Virus record (IMG/VR): IMGVR_UViG_3300035034_002581
Source of the DNA: a virus
Length of the DNA: 64,000 bases
Reading direction: 5' to 3' (one strand)
The notes beneath the pieces were generated by a model, which made no database searches, was not told where the DNA came from, and saw nothing but the letters and a program-made list of their open reading frames with translations. Within the stretch, counting starts at the first letter, position 1. Every line of letters starts with the position of its first letter. Position numbers and translations under genes: made by a program. This document shows positions 25,833-36,001 of the stretch, piece by piece.

Positions 25833-28147
25833 TCCATCTTAATTTTGAACATAACCTTGTCTGCGCTTCGCTTAACAATAGGTTGAGCGAGATTCGTTCG
25901 TGCGACAACGTTTAGATTCTCATCATGGATCGCGATGTTAGTAATGTAAACAAATTCGCTGTCTTCATCATTGGCGTTAAGTGATGCTGAGAGATGCTTG
26001 TATGATGGGTTTGACGACGAATTTATCATTGAGGCTTGTGAAGTTACATTAACTTTTGATACAAAGATCGATCTTTCTCCGTTAAACTCTACTTCAAATG
26101 AGTCTTTTCCAAAAAAGCTAAGATGCGGAGACTTAATAAAGACAATTCCCTCATTGTAGAAGATATTCCCTACGCTGTTCCATGATGCATTTGTACCCGA
26201 TGCGTTGTGACGATACAGTGAGCCGTCACCATTGTCTCTTAGTTCTATCTGGACGCTTTCACTTGATCCCGACAGTGAGTTATCCCTAATAGTTAGAGAA
26301 CCAGGTTTGATTCGTTTTCCGTAAAACAAAGACGGTATATTGAATATTGTTACTTGATTTGAACTTGAGTCTCTCGTCCTTTGAAATACGGTCGGGACAG
26401 CGCCTACGACAACTGTCGGATCTTCAGGTGATGCTCCGTAAATATTATCTTCTAACTGACCAGAAACAGCAGTCTGCAGCACATCATCGCTAATAAAGTT
26501 TCGCAAGCTAATCTTTTTAAAGTCAGTCACTCCAAGATCTGATCTGAATCTCTCTGTTGGTGAACCTGATACGAAAAGGGCTGTTTCACTTCCTGACTTT
26601 AATAGCTTGAAGTTTGGTGTGAACCTTCCGTTGTCACATGGAAGAATTGTCAGATTCCTTTTAGCGAAGGCAGGATCAGAGTATAGTCGATCTGTTGTAC
26701 TCAGTGAAGTTTGTGTATGAAGTGTTCCTGTCAAGTTGTATTGTCGTGGATATGCAGATCTTGCAAAGTCTCTAGTAAAATTGTCTATATTTATCTCATG
26801 TCCTCCAACTTGAAAAGCAAGGCCGACATTAAATGGCGCAGCCGATTCGGATTCTCTTTTTTCAAATTGTGTAATGTACCTGTCTCTACTCGGAGATTCT
26901 CTGGTAAAGAACACAGGCACGTAAAAGAGCATTCCGCTTACAGACTCTTGACCTTGAATCGATGATGTCAAGATCTGGCTAATTGTTCTGTAGCTGTTAA
27001 ATACTTTGACGTCATGCATTTCTGCGTTGAGAGGATGAGAAAAAGAAAATCCAGATGGATCTGCTGATCCTGAAGTGAGAAGTTCGAGTCCTTCTCTACT
27101 ATTTACAATCGCATTAAAGAATCGCTCAGGTGTACTGCTGGGTGGTGCCGTGTAATAATTTCCCAAATACAACTGTGATGATGATGTGTCTTTAATTGAT
27201 GCAGACGGTACATTAAATTCACCTTTAATAACACTGTCAATAACAAATGAACCGGTCCCTTCGTTATAATCTTTTGTCCCCCATCGAGCAACAACGTTGT
27301 GCCAGGTGTCTCGTGAAAGAACATTGTCTGACGACAAAAAGACAAGATCTTCGGGATAAGTTCTGTCATTGTTACTTACAGTCAGATCTATTGAAGAAGG
27401 CTCTATGTCTGCACTATGGGACAACTGCAACATAACACGAAATGATTCAGGGTTTCCGTTCTTATCTTTTCTTGAACCAGAAACTATTGACAATGCAAAT
27501 GTAGAAGAAACATGCATTATTGTACCTGCATGGAACTCTTGATCTTTGTCAAAGAACTTGGGAGAAGGTTTAATTTGGAGATCAAGTGAGAATGCTCCTG
27601 ATGGGTGATAGTAACGCTTGGTTGTGTCACCCTCAGTTGCGCCTGGGTATATCAAGACGGTGTCTTCAGGCACACTTGATGCTGTGAAGAAGTTAAGTGA
27701 ACTATAGTTTGTATAGCTAAAGTCCATGTCTTGATATCTTGTTGAATAAAACGGCATCAAAGTATTGACAATGGCCATCTTTTTTAAATGGTTCTTGTTA
27801 ACTGTCAAGCCGGGAGTAACCCTACTTATAGCTAGCGACGCGTTTTGCCTTGTAGATAACGATTCACTACTTACAGCGTCGAGATAGTCCTGGACTTTTT
27901 CAGATAATTCTCCGCTGCTAGCATTTTTTGCAGAGATTAACTCTATCTCGACGCCTACTGTTTCGTCAAAAGAAGAAAGCCCACCGGAGAAGTAAGTAGA
28001 AGTTTCTTTGACAATCCTGTTCTCTCTAGCGAAAAGATTGACATCTCCAGTTGATCCATCTAAAGAAGATGAAGCAAAAACTCGCTTTGGATTTGTGACA
28101 AGATTAAAATTCTCAAACTTATCTTTTGTCAGCTTTACTATTGACAT
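25826..28147 (-). CDS. Large virion structural protein. Its C-terminal domain is paralogous to the next gene.
   Basis: A 773-aa ORF. Its C-terminus YITNIAIHDENLNVVARTNLAQPIVKRSADKVMFKIKMDW is clearly homologous to the C-terminus of CDS 28185..29420. Confidence 0.5.
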   Translation of the reverse strand: MSIVKLTKDKFENFNLVTNPKRVFASSSLDGSTGDVNLFARENRIVKETSTYFSGGLSSFDETVGVEIELISAKNASSGELSEKVQDYLDAVSSESLSTRQNASLAISRVTPGLTVNKNHLKKMAIVNTLMPFYSTRYQDMDFSYTNYSSLNFFTASSVPEDTVLIYPGATEGDTTKRYYHPSGAFSLDLQIKPSPKFFDKDQEFHAGTIMHVSSTFALSIVSGSRKDKNGNPESFRVMLQLSHSADIEPSSIDLTVSNNDRTYPEDLVFLSSDNVLSRDTWHNVVARWGTKDYNEGTGSFVIDSVIKGEFNVPSASIKDTSSSQLYLGNYYTAPPSSTPERFFNAIVNSREGLELLTSGSADPSGFSFSHPLNAEMHDVKVFNSYRTISQILTSSIQGQESVSGMLFYVPVFFTRESPSRDRYITQFEKRESESAAPFNVGLAFQVGGHEINIDNFTRDFARSAYPRQYNLTGTLHTQTSLSTTDRLYSDPAFAKRNLTILPCDNGRFTPNFKLLKSGSETALFVSGSPTERFRSDLGVTDFKKISLRNFISDDVLQTAVSGQLEDNIYGASPEDPTVVVGAVPTVFQRTRDSSSNQVTIFNIPSLFYGKRIKPGSLTIRDNSLSGSSESVQIELRDNGDGSLYRHNASGTNASWNSVGNIFYNEGIVFIKSPHLSFFGKDSFEVEFNGERSIFVSKVNVTSQASMINSSSNPSYKHLSASLNANDEDSEFVYITNIAIHDENLNVVARTNLAQPIVKRSADKVMFKIKMDW

Positions 28148-28184
28148 TTGACTTTCCTTTTAGCGGACCCGACCTGTTTGCAAA

Positions 28185-29420
28185 TTAGAAGTCAAGTCTG
28201 ATTCGGAACGTCAAGTCTTTCTCTGGGTTGTTTTCAACTGGCCTACTAACTTTAGCAACAGCAAGCAAATTATCATTTGCATCGTACATTCCAATACCTG
28301 TGATGAAGGAGAACGATTGCTGTGTGCCTTCTTGACCTTCATCAATTACTACGAGTCTATTAGAAGAGTCTGTGTACGTCGGATTTGAAGAGTAATTAAA
28401 TTCATCAGCTGTAGCTTTGCAGAATATCAGCGTGCTGTTAATGTTAGTTGTGTTCTGGAAGGATATCGACGTAAAAGAACCAGAATTGAATCTTACAGAC
28501 GCAATGTGGTCTAGAATGTTATCCATAGATGCTGATACCATAAGATCCGGTATAAACTTGGCGTTTCTATTTCCACTGTTTACGCCACCGAGGACTTCCT
28601 TTCCTGCTGGTAAAACACCGTCTGGGCTAGTAGCTAGAAGTGCATCAATTGCACCTGACATGTGCTGATTAGCGTCAAGTGCTTTCTTTGCGTCTAAAAC
28701 TACAATTCCCTGATCATAGAAGACGAGACCGACGTTTCGTGTTGTTTGTGAAGAATCTACAAGATTACCTACATTTCCACCAAACGAAACTAGCTGGTTT
28801 CCTGCAGAACCAATGTCTGTGAAAATAGTTGAACCTGATGGTGTGACTTCTTGCAGATTAGGAAAGTCTTCAACTGATCCTGTGTCAACTAGAGTTCTTG
28901 CGCCAGTTGTAAACATCTTCATTGCGAAAGTTTCTCTTCTTATAGAGTCTCTTGCAAAAAGTCGCTTGAAAGAGAAGAATAATGCTTCGTCTATCTGATC
29001 TACGCTACCTGTTGAATTAAAGGGCGCAGTAAAGTATGAAGACGCATTTCCAAGAAGGTTCTGCGCAAACTGTCGATAGACGTCTATCTTTTCTCTCATC
29101 ATCAAACTTGACGATGGAAACAGAATCTTTCCTGATGTGTCCTCTCCTGTCTTTGCATTCTGGACAGTGTTGCCTGACACATAAAGACCAAGTGTCATGT
29201 CAAATATTGGGTTTGCAGTCTGTAGGTTAAAGTTTTGGTCGTACACAGTCTGGAAGATTGATGACGTTACACCTGGTCCAACTCCGCCTGTGACAAATAC
29301 TGGGTAAGATTTTCTAGAAGTCGATCCAGATATATCTTCTCTTAACACATCAATTAGCTGTGTAAGGAATGTTCTACTTGTTTTAATATCTTGAGCTGTA
29401 AGCTCTTTAAATGTTGCCAT
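28185..29420 (-). CDS. Virion structural protein, paralog of the 773-aa protein in its C-terminal domain
   Basis: A 411-aa ORF with the C-terminus FITGIGMYDANDNLLAVAKVSRPVENNPEKDLTFRIRLDF. Confidence 0.5.
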   Translation of the reverse strand: MATFKELTAQDIKTSRTFLTQLIDVLREDISGSTSRKSYPVFVTGGVGPGVTSSIFQTVYDQNFNLQTANPIFDMTLGLYVSGNTVQNAKTGEDTSGKILFPSSSLMMREKIDVYRQFAQNLLGNASSYFTAPFNSTGSVDQIDEALFFSFKRLFARDSIRRETFAMKMFTTGARTLVDTGSVEDFPNLQEVTPSGSTIFTDIGSAGNQLVSFGGNVGNLVDSSQTTRNVGLVFYDQGIVVLDAKKALDANQHMSGAIDALLATSPDGVLPAGKEVLGGVNSGNRNAKFIPDLMVSASMDNILDHIASVRFNSGSFTSISFQNTTNINSTLIFCKATADEFNYSSNPTYTDSSNRLVVIDEGQEGTQQSFSFITGIGMYDANDNLLAVAKVSRPVENNPEKDLTFRIRLDF

Positions 29421-29431
29421 TATTTTGTCCC

Positions 29432-30154
29432 TTAAGCAGCGTTAGTCTTAGAGATTTGAATCTCAAAGTTTTTAGTTACACCAGATTGCAAACCGGTAAT
29501 TGAAGCGCGTGTACTAATTGTTGTCTTATCGTTGACATTGCCCTTAACTGTAAACGTTGTATCTGTTATTGATTTAACACTAATGTCAAGAGTCAATTGA
29601 GATCCTCCTGTCGAGAGTGATGTAGAATCCCTTGTAAGAAGGTAAGTTGCGATGTTGTCCTTGTCAATACTATCAGGTGTCCGACCCGTAACTTCGATTA
29701 AGTTGTTAGGCATCGATACCTGGAAGGCTTGGTCTCTTAGCTCAACGTCAATTGCATCTTCATCTTGGATGTTCTGTGAAAGAATTATTCTGCGAGATCT
29801 TCCTGATCCTGTTCTTCCCATTGCTAGGACTGCACCCGTTGTATCAAGCCCTTCTCCTGTCAAGTTTAAAATAGGAAGTCTAAGAAGGTTAGGATTTGAT
29901 ACACTCACAAGCTTGAATTTTTGTGCAAAGTTTTGATTAGTAAGTGCTTCGAGAACGGGTGTGTTCTTTTCAATCTTTTCTTTTCCGACTGCGCGTCCAA
30001 ACTTCTTGATGATAGTGTAATCTACTTCGTCATCAGAAAGAGCAAATTTAACAATAGAAAAAGATCCATCGTTTCTTGCTAAGAACTCTCTGCCTGTGTC
30101 TGTTAGAACAGCATCAAGAATGATGTTGTTAGTTGAATGATCTAGAAAACCCAT
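29432..30154 (-). CDS. Virion structural protein. Its N-terminus is paralogous to CDS 38661..39569.
   Basis: A 240-aa ORF. MGFLDHSTNNIILDAVLTDTGREFLA resembles MAGILDNKSRIFDTILTTEGRRQLAA. Confidence 0.4.
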   Translation of the reverse strand: MGFLDHSTNNIILDAVLTDTGREFLARNDGSFSIVKFALSDDEVDYTIIKKFGRAVGKEKIEKNTPVLEALTNQNFAQKFKLVSVSNPNLLRLPILNLTGEGLDTTGAVLAMGRTGSGRSRRIILSQNIQDEDAIDVELRDQAFQVSMPNNLIEVTGRTPDSIDKDNIATYLLTRDSTSLSTGGSQLTLDISVKSITDTTFTVKGNVNDKTTISTRASITGLQSGVTKNFEIQISKTNAA

Positions 30155-30193
30155 TTTCGGATTTCTCCTTAGCTGTTAGTAAGTATATGCTCA

Positions 30194-32068
30194 TTATTCT
30201 TTCCGTAAACTACTAAGATTACGTCTTAAACTTCTTGGCGTAGGAGTTAATTCTCTTGCACCGAGCGATTCTGTTGTGTTTCTGTCTCTTCGTCTATCGT
30301 CTATTGTAAGGGTAACTGTTTCACTTGCTTGCAAATCTGTGTTTATTACCTGGACTTTGAACTCACTGTATGCTTGTGAGCTTGGAAGCAGATTCAGGTC
30401 ATTGTTTTTATCATCTGTTACTCTTAAGTATTCAGGATCGAAAAAGATAGACATATTTTCGTAAGACGAAACTTTTATAGTGTCAATGAACGCAGAAGTC
30501 TTCAAAAACATGTTTGGGTAAGCTTTGGGTGCACCAGATCTCGATATTGCTTTTGTCACAAGTTTATTTGTAAACCTATTGAATGAAACTTCATATTGGG
30601 CTGAATAGTTTGATGTCAGTCCGTGTGCGTCTATTGAGCACAGCGTGTATATGAAAGTGTCATCTTTGCCGAATTCTTTATCATAAAAGTAAGTAACTGG
30701 ATCTTTCATTTTGTATACGAGATAGTCATCAATATCTTCTCCTCTATCAACAGGAATGATACTGTTGTCAAAGTCAAATTCCCTAATTAACTCAAAGGGT
30801 TCATTGATTGTTCTTCTGCGGAATATTTGAAAATACTTGATGTCTCTCTGTCTATTGACTGGGAAACTCCAGATAAGTCTAAACGATCTCTCTCCATAAT
30901 CCCACGTTGGCTTAATATCAGCAGGGAAGGGAGGTGGTGTTGCATCAATGCAGTTTATAAATCTAACTGAAGATGCTTGTGATGCAACGAGACCTGTTGA
31001 CTTGACTTTTCTGTTTTGTGAATCCCTTCCCATTAGAGAGACAGATGCAATTGCGTTTACTTTGTATTTGTACACGCCTCCGAAGACAATCTCTGGATCA
31101 ATTACTGTCGTTGCCTGAGATCCTTTGATCATAATTGGATCAAAGGCAATTTCACTACCATCCGCTGCGAGCTGAACTTTTGTAATAATGTAACCTACGA
31201 CTTCAAATCTCGACACTTCGAAGCTTTTTGCGTTTGATTTTATTCGCTCTTGTACAATAGGAACGAAGCTTGAATCCCATTCAGAACTTCTAATAGAAGT
31301 TGACTCCATTTTTTCTATGGAAACATCCTGTAAGTCTGCTGCAATATCAATGATTTTAGATAGTTCGTCTGCATATGGACTCAAGCTATCCTCAGCAACA
31401 GTTCTAATTATTGATCCAACAAACTTATTATTGATCTGTGCTCGTATCTTGAGATCTTTCACTTCTTCAAATGATGACTTTCGATTACTTATGAGTGGAC
31501 TTGGGTCTGTACTTAGAATTCCGAGTTTTGACTTATTGTTTACAGCATCAACAAGTATATTTCCGTTTACAGTTTCTCTTGTGAAGTCATTGAGAGACTT
31601 TGCAGCATCACTTAGGCTATTCAAGTCGATGTTCTTAATGTTTGTAGAACCTGATACTAGAGAGAATAGTTTTTCGTCGATGTTTGTGTCTTGAAACGTA
31701 ATTGACGAAAAGTCAAAGTTAGAAAAGGCTTGTTCTGATTGTATGTAGTCGATGTTTTCTTGAGAGAAAATGTCTTCACCTTCGACTCTTGTACTTGCAA
31801 TATTCTGTCTTCTTGATACCTCTTCATTTCCGTCTGTTTTGCATTTCTTAATATTGATTGGAGACCAGGTGATCTTGACAAAACGAGGTACCTTGTCAAT
31901 AATGTCAATAATGTCAGCGTCTTGAATAGATCTTTGACTTATGCTGTCACCCGAGTCATTTACTCTTTCATCAGGCGTAAAGTAGTTGTACTGAAATGAG
32001 ACTGATACATTCTGTGGATCAGGAACATCGACCAGCGTTGCAATTCGTGAAGGATATGTTGAAGGCAT
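30194..32068 (-). CDS. Large tail or baseplate structural protein
   Basis: A 624-aa ORF in the fibre/baseplate run. Confidence 0.4.
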   Translation of the reverse strand: MPSTYPSRIATLVDVPDPQNVSVSFQYNYFTPDERVNDSGDSISQRSIQDADIIDIIDKVPRFVKITWSPINIKKCKTDGNEEVSRRQNIASTRVEGEDIFSQENIDYIQSEQAFSNFDFSSITFQDTNIDEKLFSLVSGSTNIKNIDLNSLSDAAKSLNDFTRETVNGNILVDAVNNKSKLGILSTDPSPLISNRKSSFEEVKDLKIRAQINNKFVGSIIRTVAEDSLSPYADELSKIIDIAADLQDVSIEKMESTSIRSSEWDSSFVPIVQERIKSNAKSFEVSRFEVVGYIITKVQLAADGSEIAFDPIMIKGSQATTVIDPEIVFGGVYKYKVNAIASVSLMGRDSQNRKVKSTGLVASQASSVRFINCIDATPPPFPADIKPTWDYGERSFRLIWSFPVNRQRDIKYFQIFRRRTINEPFELIREFDFDNSIIPVDRGEDIDDYLVYKMKDPVTYFYDKEFGKDDTFIYTLCSIDAHGLTSNYSAQYEVSFNRFTNKLVTKAISRSGAPKAYPNMFLKTSAFIDTIKVSSYENMSIFFDPEYLRVTDDKNNDLNLLPSSQAYSEFKVQVINTDLQASETVTLTIDDRRRDRNTTESLGARELTPTPRSLRRNLSSLRKE

Positions 32069-35000
32069 TTATGAACTTGCTCCTAATTCAACCACAGCAA
32101 ATATCTCAGAAAACTCGTAGCTGCCTTCTGACTTCTTTCTTGGTGTAATTTTCTTGATTCTGTTTCCAAACTTGTCTTTCTCTTCAATTACACAACTGTT
32201 TAAAAGAAGACTGTTGAAGGCTTCGCGTCCTGTCTCTGTATTTAGTGTTGCCTCCTCATCGATAATAAAATCATCAGGGTCAACAGGTAGGATGAAAGTT
32301 CTTTCAAATAGTTTAGGTTGCATAGTCTTATTTGCTTGATCTGCTGATCTAAATATCAATGAGTTCAAGAAACGCTTAAACTGTCGAGCTGCTTCTGTTG
32401 ACTGCACAACGCGTGTTACATTTTGCTTTTGCGTTTGGAACTTCTTTGCACTGCTTGAGACAGATGCACTCTTAGGTTCAGATTTAATCTTTTTGTTTAT
32501 CTTTGATGTATTGGGATTCTGCCCAGTTGTAACTTTTTCTCCAATAGGAGGTTTTGTTGCTATAAAGTCATAGTCTGTAGTAAGAGTTTTTGAAATTGTA
32601 GCGCCTTGTTTAATTGACTCAAGTATTCCTTGTGCTCCACTTACAGAGTCAGTTTTTTGAAGTGAAGTAAATGATTGTGACGGTGTGACGCTAATTTGTG
32701 TTAATAGCTCTGTAATTTCTTGACTAATCGTTACATCTTGCCCTTCGTTTGCAACAAACGAAGATTCGGAAAAATCAAGCCCTGTTAATAGTTTCAAGTA
32801 CGTTTTAAGGATACTGTCAACTACGTGATTTTCAAATAGTTCTTCTTGCTCTTCTTGCGTCAAAATGCTATATTCTTTTTCTGATTTGATGTCTGACTGT
32901 AGCAATGATTGCCCAATGCCTTTTCCGTCAATATTTTTGAGCTTAAAGTCATCATCTAAGAGTCTAGTAAAAGTTTTATTTCTGCTTGAAAGATTTTCGT
33001 TGATCTGTGTAAACCTTGACATGTCAAAAATAAAGTTTAGTGGCTTGAAAATAATTTCAGAAAACTCAGGATCACGCTTGAAGACTTTGACTGTTATTAA
33101 ATCTGCAAGAGAAGACTCTAGTTCAGTGTTCTTTCCGACAGTAAAAATTGGGTTTTGAAGCTTATTAAGTGTACCTGCAGGAAGACCGACGACCATTAAC
33201 TTCATGTTGTTTGCAGCTGTTTCTTCAAATCTACTTTCTCTAAGCATCGAGTCTAATGCTATCTTTTGAGAGTTACTTGTGATCTGTGACTTTGAAATTA
33301 ATGATTTATCTGGCGTCAATAGTGTTTCATTGAAGCTCTGCCATGATAAAGCAATTTGTTGAGGTGTGAGATTGGCAAGAGCACTCTTGAGTGTTTCGTC
33401 ATTTATTATTTCGTTGACCCTTTGTGATGCAGGATCGTTGTTATTATTTTCAAAGAATATGACTGCAGAGTCTGTCTTCTTCTTGATGCCCTCAGTTATG
33501 CTATAAAGCATGTCAACAAGATCTCTCGTAATGTTGTCTTCAAGCACAGTTGCCTTAAAAATACTATCGAGTAGAGATGTTAGTGTGCTATACGACGACG
33601 TCTCTAATTGTCTTTCGTCATTGCTAGAAACAGCAGTCATCTTGTCTGCAATCGTTTTGTTTTGCTTTAAAATTAAGCTGATTGTCAAGGGTGTGGAATT
33701 TTTTGGGTTCGGCCCAAAATCAGCAGAAACAAACTCTGATATCATGGCAGAAAATATTTCAAAGACTATCATCAGCACTGTGTCGTCTGTATATTTTCTA
33801 AAACGAGTTGCTCCATTTTCTGTCTTATGCCCTGTGCTACTTGAAGAAGATGAAGGGCCTCTCGAGCTTAGTGTTAATGCATCAGATGTAAGTGAATCAG
33901 TCAAAGAGGAAATTGCATTAAATATTGATGAGAAGTCTTCCACACCCTTGTTAAGAATTGACTCAATATCGCCATCAGAAACGTCAAGTAAAAGTTTACT
34001 ATTGTCAGGTCTTCTACCTCTCCTGTTAGAGTTAAACAGTGCCATGACTCTTTTTTCAATTTCAAACGGAAAAGAGTTCGAAGAAATGACACCCTCTACC
34101 TCACCTGTTGACTCATTAATCTTGGCCTCTTCAATTGAGTTTTCATCAGATTTGTTTGTTGGATTCGCTCCAGCTTTACCTTTTGACTTGTCTTCGGGAT
34201 CAAACTTTTCAAGTGGTTTATCATTTTTTGTATCTTCTACTAGGTCTTCTAAGTCTTTAACGTAGTCTTTTGTGCCTAGATCGCTTGCAGTATTCGTCTC
34301 TATGTTCTTGTTTTCAACAGGATCGTCTGATGTGCCTCCAGTTTCTTCATTTCCTGTATTCTCGTCGGAAGCGTCGACAACTTTTGTTACAGTAACTTTT
34401 CCTGTTCTAATTTCTTTTGTGTATTTAAACAGAAGATGACGAAGCTTACTGTCATCTCGTGCTGCTCTTATTAGCGCTGTAGTAATAGCGGAAGTCCTGT
34501 CGACACTTCCAAGTGTGCCCAAGCTTTTTGATATTTCTGACGCGACATTAAAGATTTCTGTTACAACTCTTTCGCTGTGAAGTGTATTGTCTGTGCTGTC
34601 AAAATTCATTAAATAGTTAATCATTGCAATATTGCTACTAGCGATACTTGATGCACGTTGATTGAGACGCGTAATTGGAAGAAGATTAGGTGTTATTGCA
34701 GAGTCTAATATAGAATCTATAAGAGCAGTATTTCCGGGAAGGTATCGCCTATTGTCGCTAGGATCGTCCACCTCTCTTGTTTCAAATGGCAAGATTACAC
34801 CATCTGTTGCGGGATCTTCGTAACGAACTAAAGAAGATAATGTTCCGTCAGTCGGAACTTCTCCTGTTATCTTCTCTCCAGTTGAACCAAATATGTTTTC
34901 AATTAGCTGTCCAGAATTTTCGACAGCAAACTTTCTTCCAATATCTGTATTGATCAACCTAGCAATTCCTGCAGAGATTCGAAGTTCCTTAGAAAGTAGG

Positions 35001-36001
35001 GTGATCAAAAGCTTAATTCGATCTTTTTCAAGAACGGGTAGTGACTCTACAAAGCTGTTATAATTTGACTGTTTGTTTGGGTTAAACAGTGCAGGGTTTC
35101 TAGTACTTCGACCTTGTCGTCTACTTACATTATTGACAGGGAAAGAAGCTAGATCTTTCGGTTCAAATGAAAAATCTGATGATGCCTCAATTGACTTAGC
35201 AATGTTTACAGGATCTCTGTCTTCGGCTCGTGATGGGACAAATTCGTTAAATAGTCTTGGCGAACTATTTGATACAACACTTCGCAGGCCGATAATCAAC
35301 TGCGAAAGAACTTTTGTATTAGACATGCTTTCATAAGCATCATCACTAAATAGTAAGTGACACACTAGAATATCTCTTAATGTTCTCAAAACTCCGGGTG
35401 GTGTGGGTTGTATTGTGCTGTTAATTTTTGATCTGCCTCTTGAGTTTCTTAGTTTAGAAACAGATGCAGCAATTTGATTTGTATTGTCTTTGATGTCGAG
35501 GGTCTTTTTTGCAGAAGCTAGGTTCTGGTATATAACGGAGAAAAGTTTGAGATCTCTCTTAGTGTCTTTTGTCAGGCTGTTGTATGCATCAATTGCTTTT
35601 GTCAATGCAATTGATGCAATTGGATCACTTGACAGATCAGAGATTAAAGATGATACATCATCAGTCTTAAGTGACCTTGCCATGAATTGAGTGTCTAATA
35701 ATCTTGATGCAGGTGTCTTTTCGCTTATGTGATTAGTTGCTAAAAAGTCAACCATAGCTATGATTTCTGGCTTGTTAGCGTTTAAAGAATGTGCCAGCAA
35801 TATTTTTGAAACACTGTCAATAGAGTCAATTTCAATCTTTTCTTCATCTGCATCAGGTGATACCTTCTGTTTAAAAGAACTGACTTTCTTTCCAACGTTT
35901 ACATCAAACGTAATAGAGCCATCGCTAGATGCAATGTTTTTACTAGACGGTTGTGTAGAAACCGAGTTGTTTGTCACTTCAAATAGTTTCTCAGTAGGCA
36001 T
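32069..36001 (-). CDS. Very large tail structural protein (fibre or tape-measure candidate) with a flexible acidic S/T-rich central region
   Basis: A 1310-aa ORF. No catalytic motif. Confidence 0.4.
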   Translation of the reverse strand: MPTEKLFEVTNNSVSTQPSSKNIASSDGSITFDVNVGKKVSSFKQKVSPDADEEKIEIDSIDSVSKILLAHSLNANKPEIIAMVDFLATNHISEKTPASRLLDTQFMARSLKTDDVSSLISDLSSDPIASIALTKAIDAYNSLTKDTKRDLKLFSVIYQNLASAKKTLDIKDNTNQIAASVSKLRNSRGRSKINSTIQPTPPGVLRTLRDILVCHLLFSDDAYESMSNTKVLSQLIIGLRSVVSNSSPRLFNEFVPSRAEDRDPVNIAKSIEASSDFSFEPKDLASFPVNNVSRRQGRSTRNPALFNPNKQSNYNSFVESLPVLEKDRIKLLITLLSKELRISAGIARLINTDIGRKFAVENSGQLIENIFGSTGEKITGEVPTDGTLSSLVRYEDPATDGVILPFETREVDDPSDNRRYLPGNTALIDSILDSAITPNLLPITRLNQRASSIASSNIAMINYLMNFDSTDNTLHSERVVTEIFNVASEISKSLGTLGSVDRTSAITTALIRAARDDSKLRHLLFKYTKEIRTGKVTVTKVVDASDENTGNEETGGTSDDPVENKNIETNTASDLGTKDYVKDLEDLVEDTKNDKPLEKFDPEDKSKGKAGANPTNKSDENSIEEAKINESTGEVEGVISSNSFPFEIEKRVMALFNSNRRGRRPDNSKLLLDVSDGDIESILNKGVEDFSSIFNAISSLTDSLTSDALTLSSRGPSSSSSSTGHKTENGATRFRKYTDDTVLMIVFEIFSAMISEFVSADFGPNPKNSTPLTISLILKQNKTIADKMTAVSSNDERQLETSSYSTLTSLLDSIFKATVLEDNITRDLVDMLYSITEGIKKKTDSAVIFFENNNNDPASQRVNEIINDETLKSALANLTPQQIALSWQSFNETLLTPDKSLISKSQITSNSQKIALDSMLRESRFEETAANNMKLMVVGLPAGTLNKLQNPIFTVGKNTELESSLADLITVKVFKRDPEFSEIIFKPLNFIFDMSRFTQINENLSSRNKTFTRLLDDDFKLKNIDGKGIGQSLLQSDIKSEKEYSILTQEEQEELFENHVVDSILKTYLKLLTGLDFSESSFVANEGQDVTISQEITELLTQISVTPSQSFTSLQKTDSVSGAQGILESIKQGATISKTLTTDYDFIATKPPIGEKVTTGQNPNTSKINKKIKSEPKSASVSSSAKKFQTQKQNVTRVVQSTEAARQFKRFLNSLIFRSADQANKTMQPKLFERTFILPVDPDDFIIDEEATLNTETGREAFNSLLLNSCVIEEKDKFGNRIKKITPRKKSEGSYEFSEIFAVVELGASS

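Noticed and set aside
25826-29420. Calling the 773-aa and 411-aa proteins tail sheath because of their conserved C-terminus
   Set aside because: A clear gp18-like sheath N-terminus (SPG...GPAF...FG) is present at the window start (1..237). These two proteins lack the gp18-like N-terminal signature and lie after the fibre genes. They are therefore treated as other structural paralogs.
33510-34265. Plus-strand 251-aa and 257-aa (37493..38266) ORFs inside large structural genes
   Set aside because: These are antisense frames in S/T/L-rich genes. There is no support for them as coding.
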